Part shown: piece after piece, positions 27,491-41,459 of the stretch
How positions within the stretch are numbered: position 1 is the stretch's first letter
Layout: every line of letters starts with the position of its first letter
Assembly: GCA_051294375.1 (NCBI GenBank)
Contig: CM119264.1
Location: forward strand, 24,825,316-24,889,315
Source: Paraspadella gotoi
Lineage: Eukaryota > Animalia > Chaetognatha
DNA: 64,000 nucleotides
Reading direction: 5' to 3'
The notes under the pieces: model-generated
Database searches by the model: none
What the model was told of the DNA's origin: nothing
What the model saw: the letters and a program-made list of their open reading frames with translations, nothing else
Made by a program: the position numbers and the translations under genes

Positions 27491-28809
27491 GGCTATGTTT
27501 AATGTTAGAATTAAAAAAAAAGAAATACGAGAAATGAAAAGTGAAAAATTTAAAAAAAATTAAAAAGAGAGAGAGAGAAGGAAGAAAGAAAAGAAAGGAA
27601 AGAAAGAAAATAAAAAAGAAAAAAAGAAAGAAGAAAGAAGAGATAATGAAATGAAAGAAGAGAGATAAAGAAGAGAGAGAGAGAGAAGAGACAGAAGAGA
27701 GAGAGAGAAAGTTAGAGAGAGAGAGAGGGTCACAAATTTTCGCAACTCGAGTTTTGGACTTTCGTTTGTTTGGCTTTTGGGTTAATGTTTACGTGGTTTT
27801 GTTTGTTCGTTTATTTCTGTTAAGGGATATAAGGGTTGAAAGTAAGTAACTTTTGAAAAAAGTAAAAAATTAAGGTGAAAAATAAAAATAAAATAATTTA
27901 AAGGTAGAAACTACAAAAGGACAAAAGAGAAAAAAGAAAGAAAGAAATCGGAAAAAAAAACGGACAAAAATAAAGTAACTACAAAAATATAATAATTTAA
28001 AAAAATGCTCAAAATCAGCAAAAATTCCCCGATGTAAACTAATTTTTTTTTTAAATGGGCACTCTTTTCCGATCGTGCCCCCTTTTTTGTTTCTTTTTTC
28101 CTTACGTTCATTATTAGTTTTATATATATATTATAGCTCCTCTTCTCATCCTGTCGCTGATGGAAAACGAAACAAAAAGGGGGCACGATCGGTAAGCAAG
28201 AGTGCCCCATTAAAAAAAAAAGATTAGGTTACATTCGGGGAATTGCTGCTAATTTTTGACATTTTTTTTTAATTATTATTTTTTGTATGTTACTTATTTT
28301 GTCCGTTTTTTTTTCGATTTTCTTTTCTTTCTTTTTCTCTTTTTGTCCTTTGTAGTGTTGTACCTTAATTATTTATTTTTTATTACCTTATTTTTACTTT
28401 TCAGTTTAAACTTTACTTTCAAACCCTTATATTCCTTACCGAAATTAAACGAACCAAACAAAACCGTAAACATTAATCCCAAAGCCAAACTAAACGAAAA
28501 GTCCAAAACTCGAGTGCGAAAAATTTGTGATCCCTTCTCTCCCTCTCTCTAAACTTTCTGCTCTCTCTCTCGTTCTCTCTCTCTCTCTCTCTCTTCTTTA
28601 TCTCTCTTTCTTTCAATTTCATTCTTTTCTTTCTTTCTTTCTTTTTTTTTTTCTTTTTTATTTCTTTCCNNNNNNNNNNNNNNNNNNNNNNNNNCTTTCT
28701 TTCTTTCTTTCTTTCTTTCTCTCTCTCTCTTTTTATTTTTTTAAATTTTTCCATCTTTCATTTCTGTATTTCTTTTTTTTTTATTCTACATTAAAACATA
28801 GCAAAATAT

Positions 28810-29356
28810 TTAAATCAAGTAGAATTAATTTTGAAAAGTAGATCCTGAACAGGCTTGTACCTGTGTACATTTTTAAATAAAAAAAATTATTTGACAATTA
28901 TTGCATTAGCTCATATTTATACATAGTACTTGCTTGAGAAAATTTCAAAAGTTTAAAATGTTATTTTCTTATTTTTGAAATTAGATTCAAATTCCTCACG
29001 AAAAGTTGATAAAAGAAAATATAACTCTTTTTAGGAAATTATGGGTCAAATGGGTCAAAATCCAAAAAAAAATGTTATAATTTTTTGTATAAAAATATAT
29101 ATATTTTTTTAAATTTTTAGCTAGCTTAATGTAAGAATTTTTGATTAAAATTTATATTTTTTTTATAAACTTTTTATGAGGAATTCGAAGCTGCTTTCAA
29201 AACTAAAAAAAAACTATTTTAAATTTTTGACATTTTCTATGGTGAGTACAATGTATAAATATGAGCTAATCCGAAAATTGAGAGGTCTAATTTTTAAAAA
29301 AAAATCAATGTTCTTTAGTACAAGACTGTTCATGATCAACTATTTGAATTTTGATC
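28810..29356. mobile_element. Copy of the same foldback MITE family (mirror of 26905-27490)
   Basis: TAAATCAAGTAGAAT...CTCACGAAAAGTTGATAAAAGAAATATAACTC...GTTCTTTAGTACAAGACTGTTCATGATCAACTATT blocks shared with the copy at ~9270-9836. Confidence 0.65.
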
Positions 29357-29888
29357 TGCAACTTTCACTATGCTTTATTCTACATACTCTCTTCATTCTT
29401 TTCTTTTATTTAATTTTTTCTTTCTTTCTTTCTCTTATTCTTTGATCATCTTTCATTCAATCTTCCTTTTTTATTTATGAAATTGTTACAACCAATATAT
29501 TTTCAATATATATTAATTCAATATATAATCTATCTTGCTCCTGACTTTAGACAGGCTTCAGTGGTTTAAGGTCTCCATCAATCGTACAAGATAATGACAT
29601 TGGAGTTCCCTACATGCTTTTAAATCAAGGCTCTCTCACCCTCTGATTTATTCACTCCCAGAGCACTTGGCTTCCGTATCAATGAAGTGGAATAATATTT
29701 CAATTTTATGAAAATACCGATACCTTAAGTATTTTATTTTTATCTTTACTTTATTTTTACTTTTCAAAAGTTTACTTACTTTCAAACCCTATATCTTTAC
29801 CGAAATTAGACGAACAAACAAAACCGTAAACATTAACCCAAAAGTCCAAGCAAGGCGGAAAGTCCAAACTCGAGTGCGAAAATTTGTG

Positions 29889-29924
<36 letters not shown>

Positions 29925-30145
29925 CTTTCTCTCTTCTCTCTCTTCTTTCATTTTTTCTTCTTTCTTTCTTTCTTTCTTTCTTTCTTTTCTTTCTTTCTTT
30001 CTTCTTTCTTTCTCTTCTTTTTCTTTCTTTCTTCTTTCTTTCTTTCTTTCTATCTCTCTCTCTCTAGAGTGAACTCGTCTCTCTTGGCCGATATAAAAAT
30101 TGGGCGTCCAGTTCAAAGTGCCCCCTCCTACCTCTCTCTCATCTC

Positions 30146-30208
<63 letters not shown>

Positions 30209-30210
<2 letters not shown>

Positions 30211-33200
30211 AATTAGTGGTCAGTCTCAGCTGACCGAGCGATTTCCAACTTAACTGGCCAAGATTTTCGACAATATTGAAATGGCCGCTAAAGGTAAAGA
30301 AACAAGTCAGTCTTCTCGTCGAAAAAATGGGAAACTACAAACGAAGAAACTCAAGAATCTGAAATTTCAGAAATCTCAGCTCCAGAAGAAAAACTAATTA
30401 ACGAATTTAAGAACTTGCGTGGCAATCGAAAAGAAACCTTTGTAAAGATGCTGCTCAATTCTAACTATGACATGGTCGTTGGACAGATTGGCGCCAGACC
30501 CAAACAACTGCCAAATTCAGAAGAGCCAAATCCATCACAGGCCACACATTAAGAATGCCCAAGAACAGCTCCAATCTGAGAAGGACTGTCGCCATTTCCA
30601 CTGATCTTCCACCGGAAATAAAAATGTCTCGACCCAAATTGCTTTCTGCAATCGATGAAGCCTTTAAAGAACCTGATTGTATAGAGGAGGTAAAAACAAC
30701 AAAAACGGTGATATTATCATCATAGCAGCAAATGACAGAAGCTATAACAGTTTACTAAAACCTGAGAACTGGATTCATGATTCGTTTACTTTCACACCAA
30801 AGAATAAACACGCCTAATACAGTTTCTCATTTTGTTTTGATCAAGGTATTGACCCTGAGTACAGTGAAGAGGACATAAAGTCTGCCATTGCGAGTAAGGG
30901 CTTTACGCCAAGCGTGATCAAGCGTCTCTTAACTGGACGAACAGGAGAACCTTCGTGGAACGTAAAAGTCACACTTCACTCACTTCAAGAAAAAGAAAAC
31001 TTTTGGAAAGGCATCACATTTTTAAAAAGTCCATCCTGTGTGTGACTACATCACGGATCGTGTTCTTCAGTGCTTCCAGTGTCAGTCATTTGGCCATGGC
31101 TCTCGCTCATGTACTGCTAAAAACCCTGTTTGCCTTCGTTGCGCTGGTAATCATTCTCATAAAAACTGTGATAAACCTTTTGAGGATGCAAAATGTGCTA
31201 ACTGTGGTGGAAAACACCTGCTAACTCGAAGGCCTGCCCTACTTATCAACAGGCTTACCATATGAAAAATACATCAGAAAACGAATCCAAGAAGGAGTCA
31301 CCTACTCAAGTGTTGCTAGAAATTCTTTGCAGTTTTCTATACAACCCTACGATAAGGGTGCTCTACTCACATAATTTATGGCATCTCCCTCCTATGAATG
31401 ATCTTGGAATAATAAGCGTCAGTACTCTGACTTGGTTCTGCCGTGTCAAAATCAGTTGACACAGTGGTCAAAGGGCTACCTAACAGAAACACAACAGCCT
31501 CTGCCAACTCGTCTGTGCCACAAAGAGATCGGGAACATATCCAAATAGGGAGTTCTTCTTCACAAACAAATGCAAAAGGCTCTTCAGATCCCAAGTCAGC
31601 AAATCGAATCTCAAACAAATGTCCCTCTCTCTACTCAGGAAATTGTCAGTAATTGGGAAGATGATTGGAATGCATCCGAATCTCAAAGTCAAGATCAAGA
31701 ACAAACCAATGAACGAAGAGGGCATGTTTAGAATCAAACGGTCAGCCACGTCTCAATCTTATGCCTAAGAAAAAACAAGGAAAAAATACAAATAATTCCA
31801 AATGGAGCCTGAGAAACTGCCCGTCGCAATCCTAAGTATAAATACAAATGGTCACCCTAAACGATTGGGTTGAACTCTTAAACATTATAAGTTTCTTTAA
31901 GAATCATTATAACCTTTTCCTAATTTGTAATGATGTAAGATGTAAGCAAGAAGATATGTTTTGCTTCAAAGGCTATAAAGTATTTTTAAAAAGAATCTAA
32001 TTTCCTTAGCAGGAGGAGTAATGAAGGTGTTCCTAATAATCTACCTGCAAGTATTTTAAGCCCTGACACAGACCTTAAAGAATGTTTATTTGTTGAAGTT
32101 CTTTTAAAGGAAACAAAAAGATTAATAATTGGCACTGCATATAATCATCCTTCTTGTAATCTAAATGAAGACATATTTAAATTCTATTCAAATATATCAA
32201 ACAGATCTAATGTTATTCTCAGTCTATTTGCAGGCGACTTAAACTCTTCTCACGGTCTACTCGGCGGAAGATTTGATACACCACAGGGTGAAGACTTACT
32301 CTCCTTCATTTCTAAATACCAACTCTTTCGGGTACATGGTGACTCACCAACCTTCATCAGCAAATCTAACGCGAAGCAAATGTTCTAGACGTTGTCTTAA
32401 CAGTAGGTCACACTGTCGCCAAAATAGACTCATGTACAGTCTTGGATGATGTCGGTTCAGACCATTTGCCAGTTCTGACAACATCTCCTTTAAATATGAA
32501 AAAACGTGATCCACTTAAAGAAAACTCATTGGCAAAAATTTCGAGAATCTATTAAGAATGGAGTTGTCAATTTAAAACCAGAAATCTTCACACTTTCAGA
32601 ACTTGATACAAAAATAAAACACTTTTCTAATTTGATAATAACCTCTTACAATGAAAACACCGAGCTTAAAGAACTGATCATAAAGACGGATCAAAATAGA
32701 TAAATTTACACAAAGCCTCGTAAAAAAGAACGACGATTATCAAGACAATATGTAACTATAGAAAAAGTGGGTTTTCGGCTCACCTGAGATAAAGAAAGAA
32801 TACAATTACTTTGTAGAAGACTAAGATCTGCTAACAAAACATGTTTGTCAAATTAATACAAGTCAAAAGTAAAACAAATTTATGAAGAAAAAGACGCAGC
32901 CAAAAAATGGAATTATAAACAATATCACGAATTATTCTCCAAATTCCCTCCAGATGCAATGCTTCGTAGAGGTGATGGTTCTGTAGCAGAAAACAACTCG
33001 CAAACCTTGCTATTTTTGCTGATAAACTCGAAAATATGTTAGGTGCATCACCTGTGCTTCCTGAAAGACAAGAATGGGCAAATAAAATAACTAACAACGT
33101 TTCACAATACCAATCTTATCTTTTCCCTGATACAAACAACAGAAGATATGATCCTGATTATGAACATTTGTAATGGAGTTTAGAATGAAATATAGTTGAA

Positions 33201-34948
33201 CTAATCAAAACGTTAAAAAATCCACTCAGCAGCGGGATCAAGATAACATAAACCATAAAATGCTCCGAAATTTACCTCTAGAGGGTCTGACAGCTCTACA
33301 ACACATATATTCTTGCTGTCTTCGATTTGGATACTTCCCAAAAGCATGGAAATTGGCTCTATCCGAATGATCCAAAAACAGGAAAAGATGCAACCAATTC
33401 GAGAAATTATCGACCAATTAGTCTTCTTTCTGTCCTGGGAAAATTGTTCGAGAGATTGATCCTTCCTGGTCTCATAAGCATGCTAAATCTACAGGAGCAA
33501 GAACCCCTCTTCAATCAGGTTATCGGAAAGGTCGTTCTGCTCCAGAAAATATTTCCAGATTGGTTGAAGATCTCACCGATGCTTCAAAACAAGAGGTGCA
33601 ACTATCCTAGTCACTCTTGATTACAGTAAAGCTTTTGACAACATATGGCATGACGGTCTCCGTTACAAATTAATTAAAAGTGGCATTTCCAAAGACATGA
33701 TCCGTTTAATAAATTCATTTCTGACCAACCGAAGCTTCAAAGTCATCAGCAGAGATGAACAATCAGTGAAGTCCTGATTCTCTGTGGCTCACCCAAGGAG
33801 CAGTTTTAAGCCCCGAATTGTTTGCCCTTTATGTTGGTGACTTACCAATCTCAGTCCAATACCTCTAAACCAGAGTCTTCAAGCCTCCAATTGAAGTTGA
33901 TGATCAAGATGAGAACCTGACCCAAATATCCCACTGAATCAACCCGCTTTTGAGGGCGGCCCTCTTGACGTCTTTGAGGTGCTGCCCAATACGCCGACGA
34001 TTCAAGCATCTGGGCTTCGTCAAAAGATCCTCACCTTGCTGTAAAAGCTCTTCAACGAACTCTTCATAAATTGAAGATGGTGTTAATGTGTTCTTGGATC
34101 TGTGTCCCGAAAAATCAAATTGTATCCTTATAACTCGTTCTTTAATCTTTTTAATTTTGAAAATTAATTTGTTTCTTTTTGGTAGTAGAATTCCTATGTG
34201 TAATAGCATTAAATTTTAGATGTATTATAGACAAACGCCTCACATGGACTAACCATGTTAATGAGTTATTTAAAAAGCAAAATGTAAATTACTTGCCATT
34301 AACAAAATATCACGTTTTTTGTACCAGGTGATAACTACAAACTTGTCTATCAGCTATTTCAAAGCCTTATTGTTTCTCTTTTTTATATTCATCTCCTTGC
34401 TTAATTTCGGCTGGAGCTTATCATTGGCTTAAGTTGACCGTTTACAGCTGAGAGCTATTCGAATCTTTCAAAACCTCCCAATTCATACCCTAACGATGCA
34501 ACTTAGATAGTGCAGGCCAAATACCACTTTCAGATTATATCAAAAATTTTGCTGTACATAGATTAAAACGTATTGTTCAGAAAAATCATTTGTTTGAACC
34601 ACACTGTAAATTGTATTACCATTAATACTATTCGTACAAATATGTCACCAATAGAAAAACTACTGGGTTGGATTATTTGGAAAGAAAAGACGTCTGCATA
34701 AATTGCAAATTGAAAGATTTCATAATATTTGTCCTTTACCTTAAATATCCAAATGAGATAGCAAGTATGTTCATAAGATGTCCAAATGTAGCCTTCATTA
34801 CTTAAACCGTTCAACTTCTACAGTTTTAGTCAGTTTAAAACATTTTTTTTTAATATCTTAAAAACTCGCATCAGATTTATCTAAGTCGCTTTTAAAGGCC
34901 TAACTCAGTGCCTAAGCCCCACTCAGATCAATGTTCAATGTTCAATGT
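30209..34948 (+). mobile_element. Full-length APE-type non-LTR retrotransposon (Jockey/I-like LINE), frameshifted
   Basis: ORF1 from ATG 30281 with three Cys/His knuckles (QCFQCQSFGHGSRSC, CLRCAGNHSHKNC, CANCGGKH; ~31067-31217). ORF2 has endonuclease motifs AGDLNS (~32230) and SDHLPV (~32457) and RT motifs YRPISLLSVLGKLFERLI (~33408), LDYSKAFDNIWH (~33616), PQGAVLSP (~33792) and QYADD (~33986). 3' tail (TCAATGT)3 at 34928-34948. No RNase H recognised. Confidence 0.93.
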
Positions 34949-35562
34949 TCTCTCTCTCTCTCTCTCACTCTCTCTCCCGCACCATCACGCCGTCGCTGGC
35001 AGCGCCACGTTCGAACATCATTACTGAAAATCTGTTCGGAGATCATTCAGGAGTGAGTCGGCGCGCACGCTCGCATGCACGGGGCGCCAGCGTGCGACTG
35101 CGTGCGAAAACGCGCTCGACGCGCGGCGAAGTTTCCAAGGCCTGCAAAGCGCGGGAAGGCATTGCTGAGAGAGACCGTTGAAGTGGGTAGGCGGTTATTG
35201 GTGGTTGAGGAATGAGGATGCTCACGGCGCCCAGGTTGCGTTATCCGCACTGGATGTGATTCGTGACATTTTATATTTTCTACACTGTGGAGTGTGAATG
35301 GAAAGCAATGATGCCCCTTAGCTGTGAGTATGAAGTAGGGTTTTCCACGTGTCTACAGTGCTGACTGCTGACGTTTAACGAAAAAAGAAGAAATGTTATG
35401 ACTTGAAGTCTTATAAATAGAAATCCAGCCCAGGATTAGGTATCTACCAATGTCAAAGTTATTGCATTAGTGACATGGATTCATTATAACGAATATCAAG
35501 ATCAAAAATACTGAACCAAAACCAGGGCACTTGATGGCACCCAACAGCAGAATGTTTCCCCG

Positions 35563-36010
35563 AGTTGTAATTTTATGATAAACGGAGCGCCTATGATTAA
35601 ATGTTGACAAAAACCGAATATTTTTGCACCAAACGCGAGAGAGCCCTCGTGATGTCGCCGAAGATTTGTCGGTTTTTTTTGTTTTTTTTGGAAACTGGGC
35701 TCACGTGTGATCAAAACTAATCATTTATGTCAATGTATGAAAGCATTTACTGCCTAACATTGTCAGTTTCGACATTATTCAATGCCGTGATAAAAAATAC
35801 AGTTTTCAGTGTTGCTCGAAAGTCCTCGTCGAGTGGAGATGAAGGAAAGAACAAAAATGTTGGATGATGAAGGAGAAAAACATTACGGATGCTAAATATT
35901 CGGAACGAGCGGAACAGAGATGGAGACAAGGATGGAGAGAGAGTGAGACGGAGATAGGGTTGTTGTTAGAGATAGAGGGTGTGACAAAAAGGGGGCGGTT
36001 TTGAAGGGAA

Positions 36011-36048
<38 letters not shown>

Positions 36049-39000
36049 GAGAGAATGAGAGAAGATGAGAGAACCTGGGCGAGTCTGGCGCCCCACGAGC
36101 GTCGGCGATTGCGAGGTCTGCGTCCAGCGCCCCGTCACGCCGACTGCGTCCAGACAACGGTGTCGTCATCGTCATCATCATCGTCGTTGGCCTTCATTAT
36201 GTATTGAACTGTGCGACGGGCTTGGTACAGATGTCGAACGGAACCCAGTCCTTACGCTCTCACGCTCTCTCTCCCTCTCCCTCTCTCTCTCTTCCCGCCG
36301 CAGAGTTGCGAGTGTGCGTATAATCTATGAATAATCGCATGACTGTCATCCTGGTCTTCCTCGTGTTGTCGTCGTCGTCGTCGTCGTCGGCGTCGTCGTT
36401 GTTTCGCAAAGTTTACTGTATCCGGTGGTCGCTGCGCCTCCGAGTGCTGCTCAGCCTCTACTGCCTACTGCACAGCAACCATTGCTTAGTTCACTAAGTC
36501 GAGATTAGACTTACAGTTTTTTTTTTTTTTTGCGTGGATATTAAATGTTAAAATATTTTTAGTTGTCCTAATAAAAATATTGAGAGCAAAGTTAGCCTTT
36601 TTTTTTTGCGGAGTAAATTTATAGACTAGTAATTTATTTTGTGCTCTTTACGAAATCCAAGTTAGCTTCGTTAAAGCTAGTTTTTTGAATAATTTAAAAA
36701 TCGAAAAGTTAATTATGTTTTCAATAAGTTAATGTCATTCCGGTCGAGTCGTTAAGTTGTATTATCTCTGACGGCTTAACGAATTTTGCTTTGGCTAATT
36801 TATGTAATTACGCATTTAACAAAAAAAAAATCAAAAAACTTAAAAAGAAAAAAAGCACAAAAAAACCCGAAATGCCAAATGAAAGAGATAAACTTAACGG
36901 ACTTAGATAAAGCCAGCTCTGCCCGGCAGCGAAGCGCTCAAAGCTCCAAATATCCGATTAAAACAAAAAAAAAAGATAAAAGCGGAATTGCGTCGACTCG
37001 AAATTTCTTAAAGTCAATTCTTTTATTGTTTAATTTGTTATCTAAACAATTTCCGCTTTAACAAAAAAAAAAAAAATATGAGATCGTAAATGAAAGCGAC
37101 GTTCATTTTCAGAGCCGGCCATTAAATATTCTCTCCCTCTCGATTTTATCCTCCTCTTCTTCGTCCTCTGTCCTCCTCCTCCTCCCTCCGCCCCCGCCTT
37201 GTTTTGACCAGGTCACCTCGTTGCTCTCAGGTGCCGGCTCTCAGTTGGCCCTATTCTCCTCGCTCATCGTCGTCGCCTTCGGCCCATCGTCGTCGTCATC
37301 TGTCGTCGTCATCCGCCGCCCGAACCGCCATCCCTTTCTCCTCTTTGGCTTAACGTCAGCGACTTTCCATCATAATTGATGCAGTTTCCCAGAGCCTGCG
37401 CATTCACGTGAAGAGAAAGTGAGAGAGAGAGAGAGAGGTTGTAATTTTATTGATAAACGGAGCGCCTATGATTAAATGTTGACAAAACCGAATATTTTTG
37501 CACAAATACGCGAGAGAGCCCTCGTGATGTCGCCGAAGATTTTGTCGGTTTTTTTTTGTTTTTTTTTGGAAACTGGGCTCACGTGTGATCAAAACTAATC
37601 ATTTTGTATGTCAATGTATGAAAGCATTTACTGCCTAACAATTGTCAGTTTCGACATTATTCAATGCCGTGATAAAAAATAACAGTTTTTCAAGTGTTGC
37701 TCGAAAGGTCTCGGTCGAGTGGAGATGAAGGAAAGACAAAAATGTTGGATGATGAAGGAGAAAAACATTACGGATGCTAAATATTCGGAACGAGCGTGAA
37801 ACAGAGATGGAGACAAGGTGGAGAGAGAGTGAGACGGAGATAGGAGTTGTATGTTAGAGATAGAGGGTGTGACAAAAGGGGCGGTTTTGAAGGGAAATAG
37901 AGAGAGAGAGAGAGAGAGAGAGAGAAGAAGAGAGAGAGAAGGAACAGACCGAGACATAGGAGAGAGATGAGAGAACCTGGGCGAGTCTGGCGCTTCTCCC
38001 ACGAGCGTTCCGGCGATTGCGAGTCCTGCGTCAGCGCCCCGGTCACGCCGACTGCGTCCAGACAACGGTGTCGTCATCGTCCATCATCATCGTCGTTGGC
38101 GCTTCATTATGTATTGAACTGTGGCGAACGGGCTTGGTACAGATGTCGAACGGAACCCAGTCTTACGCTCTCACGCTCTCTCCCTCCGTGCCCTCCTCTC
38201 TCTCTGTTCCGCCGCAGAGTTGGCGAGTGTGGCGTATAATCTAATGAATAGTTCGCATGACTGTCATCCTGGTCTTCCTCGTGTTGTCGTCGTCGTCGTC
38301 GTCGTCGGCGTCGTCGTTGTTTCGCAAAGTTTAGCTGTATCCGGTGGTAGCTGCGCCTCCCGAGTGCTGCTCGAGCGGCCTCTACTGCCTACTGCACAGA
38401 ACCAATTGCTTAGTGTTCACTAAGGTCGAGATTAGACTTACATGTTTTTTTTTTTTGTTTTTGCGTGATATTAAATGTTAAAAATTTATTTTTTTAGTTT
38501 GTCCTAAATAAAAATATTGAGAGCAAAGTTAAGCCTTTTTTTTTGCGGAGTAAATGTATAGACTAGTAATTGTTATTTTGTGCTTCTTAGCGAAATCCAA
38601 GTTAGTCTTCGCTTATAAGCTAGTTTTTTGAATAATTTTAAAAAATCGAAAAGTTAATTATGTTTCAATAAGTTAATGTTCATTCCGGTCGAGTCGTTAA
38701 GTATGTATTATCTCTGACGGCTTAACGAATTTTGCTTTGGCTAATTTTATGTAATTACGCATTTCAACAAAAAAAAATCAAAAAACTTAAAGAAAAAAAA
38801 GCCACAAAAAAGACCCGATGAATTAGCCAAATGAAAGAGATTAAACTTCAACGGACTTAGAATAAAGCCAGCTCTGCCCGGCAAGCGAAGCGCTCAAAGC
38901 TCCAAAATATCGCGATGTAAGAACAAAAAAAAAAGATAAAAGCGAAATTGCGGTCGACTCGAAATTTCTTAAAGATCAATTCTTTTTTTTTATTTGTATA

Positions 39001-39398
39001 TCTAAAACATTCCGGCTTTAACAAAAAAAAAAAATATGAGATCGTGAATGAAGCGACGTTTCATTTTCAGAGCCGCCATTAAAATATTCCTCTCCCTCCT
39101 CGATTTTATCCTCCTCTTCTTCGTCCTCTGTCCTCCTCCTCCTCCTCCGCCCCCCCTTGTTTGACCAGGTCACCGTCGTTGCTCCTCAGGTGCCGCTCTC
39201 ATTGGCCCTATTCTGCCTCGCTCATCGTCGTCGCCTTCGCCATCGTCGTCTCTCGTGCTCATCGTCGTCGTCATCCGTCGCCCGAACCGCCATCCCTTTC
39301 TCCTGCTTTGGCTTAACGTCAGCGACTTCCATCATAATTGATGCAGTTTCCCAGAGCTGCGCATTCACGTGAAGAGAAAGTGAGAGAGAGAGAGAGAG
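35563..39398 (+). repeat. Tandem ~1.9 kb duplication (35563-37436 vs 37438-39398)
   Basis: Colinear near-identity, differing mostly by 1-bp indels; junction in a (GA)n tract. Confidence 0.9.
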
Positions 39399-41406
39399 AT
39401 AGCGAAAAATATAGAGAGAGATGAGAGAAGAGAGAGAGAGAGAGAGAGGTAGAGAGACNNNNNNNNNNNNNNNNNNNNNNNNNGAGAGAGAGAGAGAGAG
39501 AGCTCAAGCGCGGAAGGGGAGAGGGAATATATATATAAAGAGCGAGAGAGCGAGAGGAGACCGATAGAGAGAGTGTTGCGTGAAAAGCGCGCGCGAGCGA
39601 CGGAGAGAGAGAGAGAGAGTGAACGCGCGAGAGAGAGATAGAGAGAGTTTCGTCAGCGCGACTTGAGTTGGAAAAAACTTTCTTTTCTTCGTGACTTCGT
39701 TTGCGTCATGAACTCTGTCGTGAGAGAAAAACCGTGAGAAAAAAAAACTCATACACTCTCTCTCTCTCTTTTCTCCCGTCCTCTCTCTCATATATATATT
39801 TTCTCGATCACGCTCGCTTCGCTCGAGGGAGAGAGAGAGAGAAATAGAGAGAGAGAGAGAGAAAGCGTCGGCGATTAATAATAATTTTTTTTCGCTACCG
39901 TCGAACGGCGCTGCGATCGCTCGAGATTTAATTACCGACGCATCGCGGAGATTAAAGGAGACAAAAGATCAGTCTTGCTCTCGACTCGTCGTGGATGGAA
40001 TCCATAAGTTGACGCTTGCGATGGAAAACAAAAAAAATCGATACTGACGCTTAAAATCGCCGAAAACTGACGACAATAATAATAAACAAAAAATAATTTA
40101 AAACGTTTACTTTTTCGCGCTCAAACAATCTTTTTTTTATATACTTCGAATAGTAAAAAAAAAAAAAATTAAATAAGACTAAAATTAAGAATCGATTGTC
40201 GAAAAAGAATTCAAAAATGCCACTGGGAAAAAGAAAGACGAGTTCAGCGCGAGGCAGCGGACAAAGACCGGAGAAGATTTGTCGCCTCATTGAAAAGAAG
40301 GACAAGGTGAGTTAAAGCGGAGGACAAGGGGGTGAGGGATTAGGGGCGGGATAGAGAAGGAAAGTAAGTTCTTTTGATGTGCGGATTAAAAGGAAGGAAG
40401 ATGTTCTCTCGCCGGTAAAAAAAATAATTAAAGAAACTGAGCGGAATAAGATGTTGATATTTCTTCTTCCGTTATTTTATTATTTAATCTTTTTTATTAA
40501 CACTTAAAAATGTTATGGGTCCAAATATGGTGACATGCACGACAAATATATCATTTACAGAAATATAAATTATAAGTTATAGATACATTTCGATGAAATG
40601 AAGTGAAACTCAAGATAAAAGCAAAAAAATTGAGTGAGTAAAAGCTAAGGTAAGCGAAGACTTTTATTGACGCAGTCGAAGAATCGGTAAAAAAACGAAG
40701 CGATAAATATAATGAACTGGAGCAAAATCCAAAAAAATAATGATAAATAAAAATTTAAATCTAAAAAAGCTTGATTCTAAAAAGTGAGTGGTGGAAAAAG
40801 TAAAAATAAAGGAGTAACATAGGCTGAAGATGAAACAGGATAATAAAGGAATTTGCTCTGCAGTTTAAAGAATGTTAAAGTTAACGTTAATGTTAAGTTA
40901 ATGTTAAGTTAATATCAAGTTAATGTTAATGTTAAGTTAATGTTAAAGTTCTTTAAAAGACGATAAAATCTACTAAAAAAGGCTGAGTGAATAAAATCGT
41001 CGCCGGAAAAAAGGAATTTGGGGACCAAAGTTGAAAGTTTGTTTGGCCTCGCGGTGAAACTGGGTTAATCAAACGAATACGAAGATAAATGATCCCGGAA
41101 TATGTCTATCGATTCTTTCGTCGCTTTCAAAGAAAGAGTGGAATGAGAGATGCGGCCAAGGATTTTGATTTTATTGCGATATTCATTGAGTCGGTTTGAA
41201 TTAATAATTCGACCGAGTTAGCCAAAAAAGTAATACGGTGCTAAACTCAAATATCTTATCGAAAAATACATATTGAAATATCTCTGCATACGTTTTGCAT
41301 TTTTCATAAATCTCTGTCAGCTCAATAGGAAATAGCTGTAATATTTTGTAACTCAAGTGGGAAAATCGTGTGGATTAGACAGTGATGAAGTTGATTATGG
41401 AAGCAA

Positions 41407-41459
<53 letters not shown>

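Larger units (their letters stand above)
25609..35317. repeat. ~2.5 kb inverted duplication: left arm 25609-28095, ~70 bp spacer, right arm 28166-30208 plus 34949-35317, split by the LINE
   Basis: Examples: 26100-26170 is the near reverse complement of 30060-30130; 25609-25980 of 34980-35317; GGGCACTC..GATCGTGCCC blocks mirror each other around the centre. Confidence 0.88.

Noticed and set aside
35563-39398. 1.9 kb tandem duplication as a biological segmental duplication
   Set aside because: Copies differ mainly by scattered 1-bp indels, typical of noisy long reads or an unmerged overlap; probably an artefact, unprovable without reads
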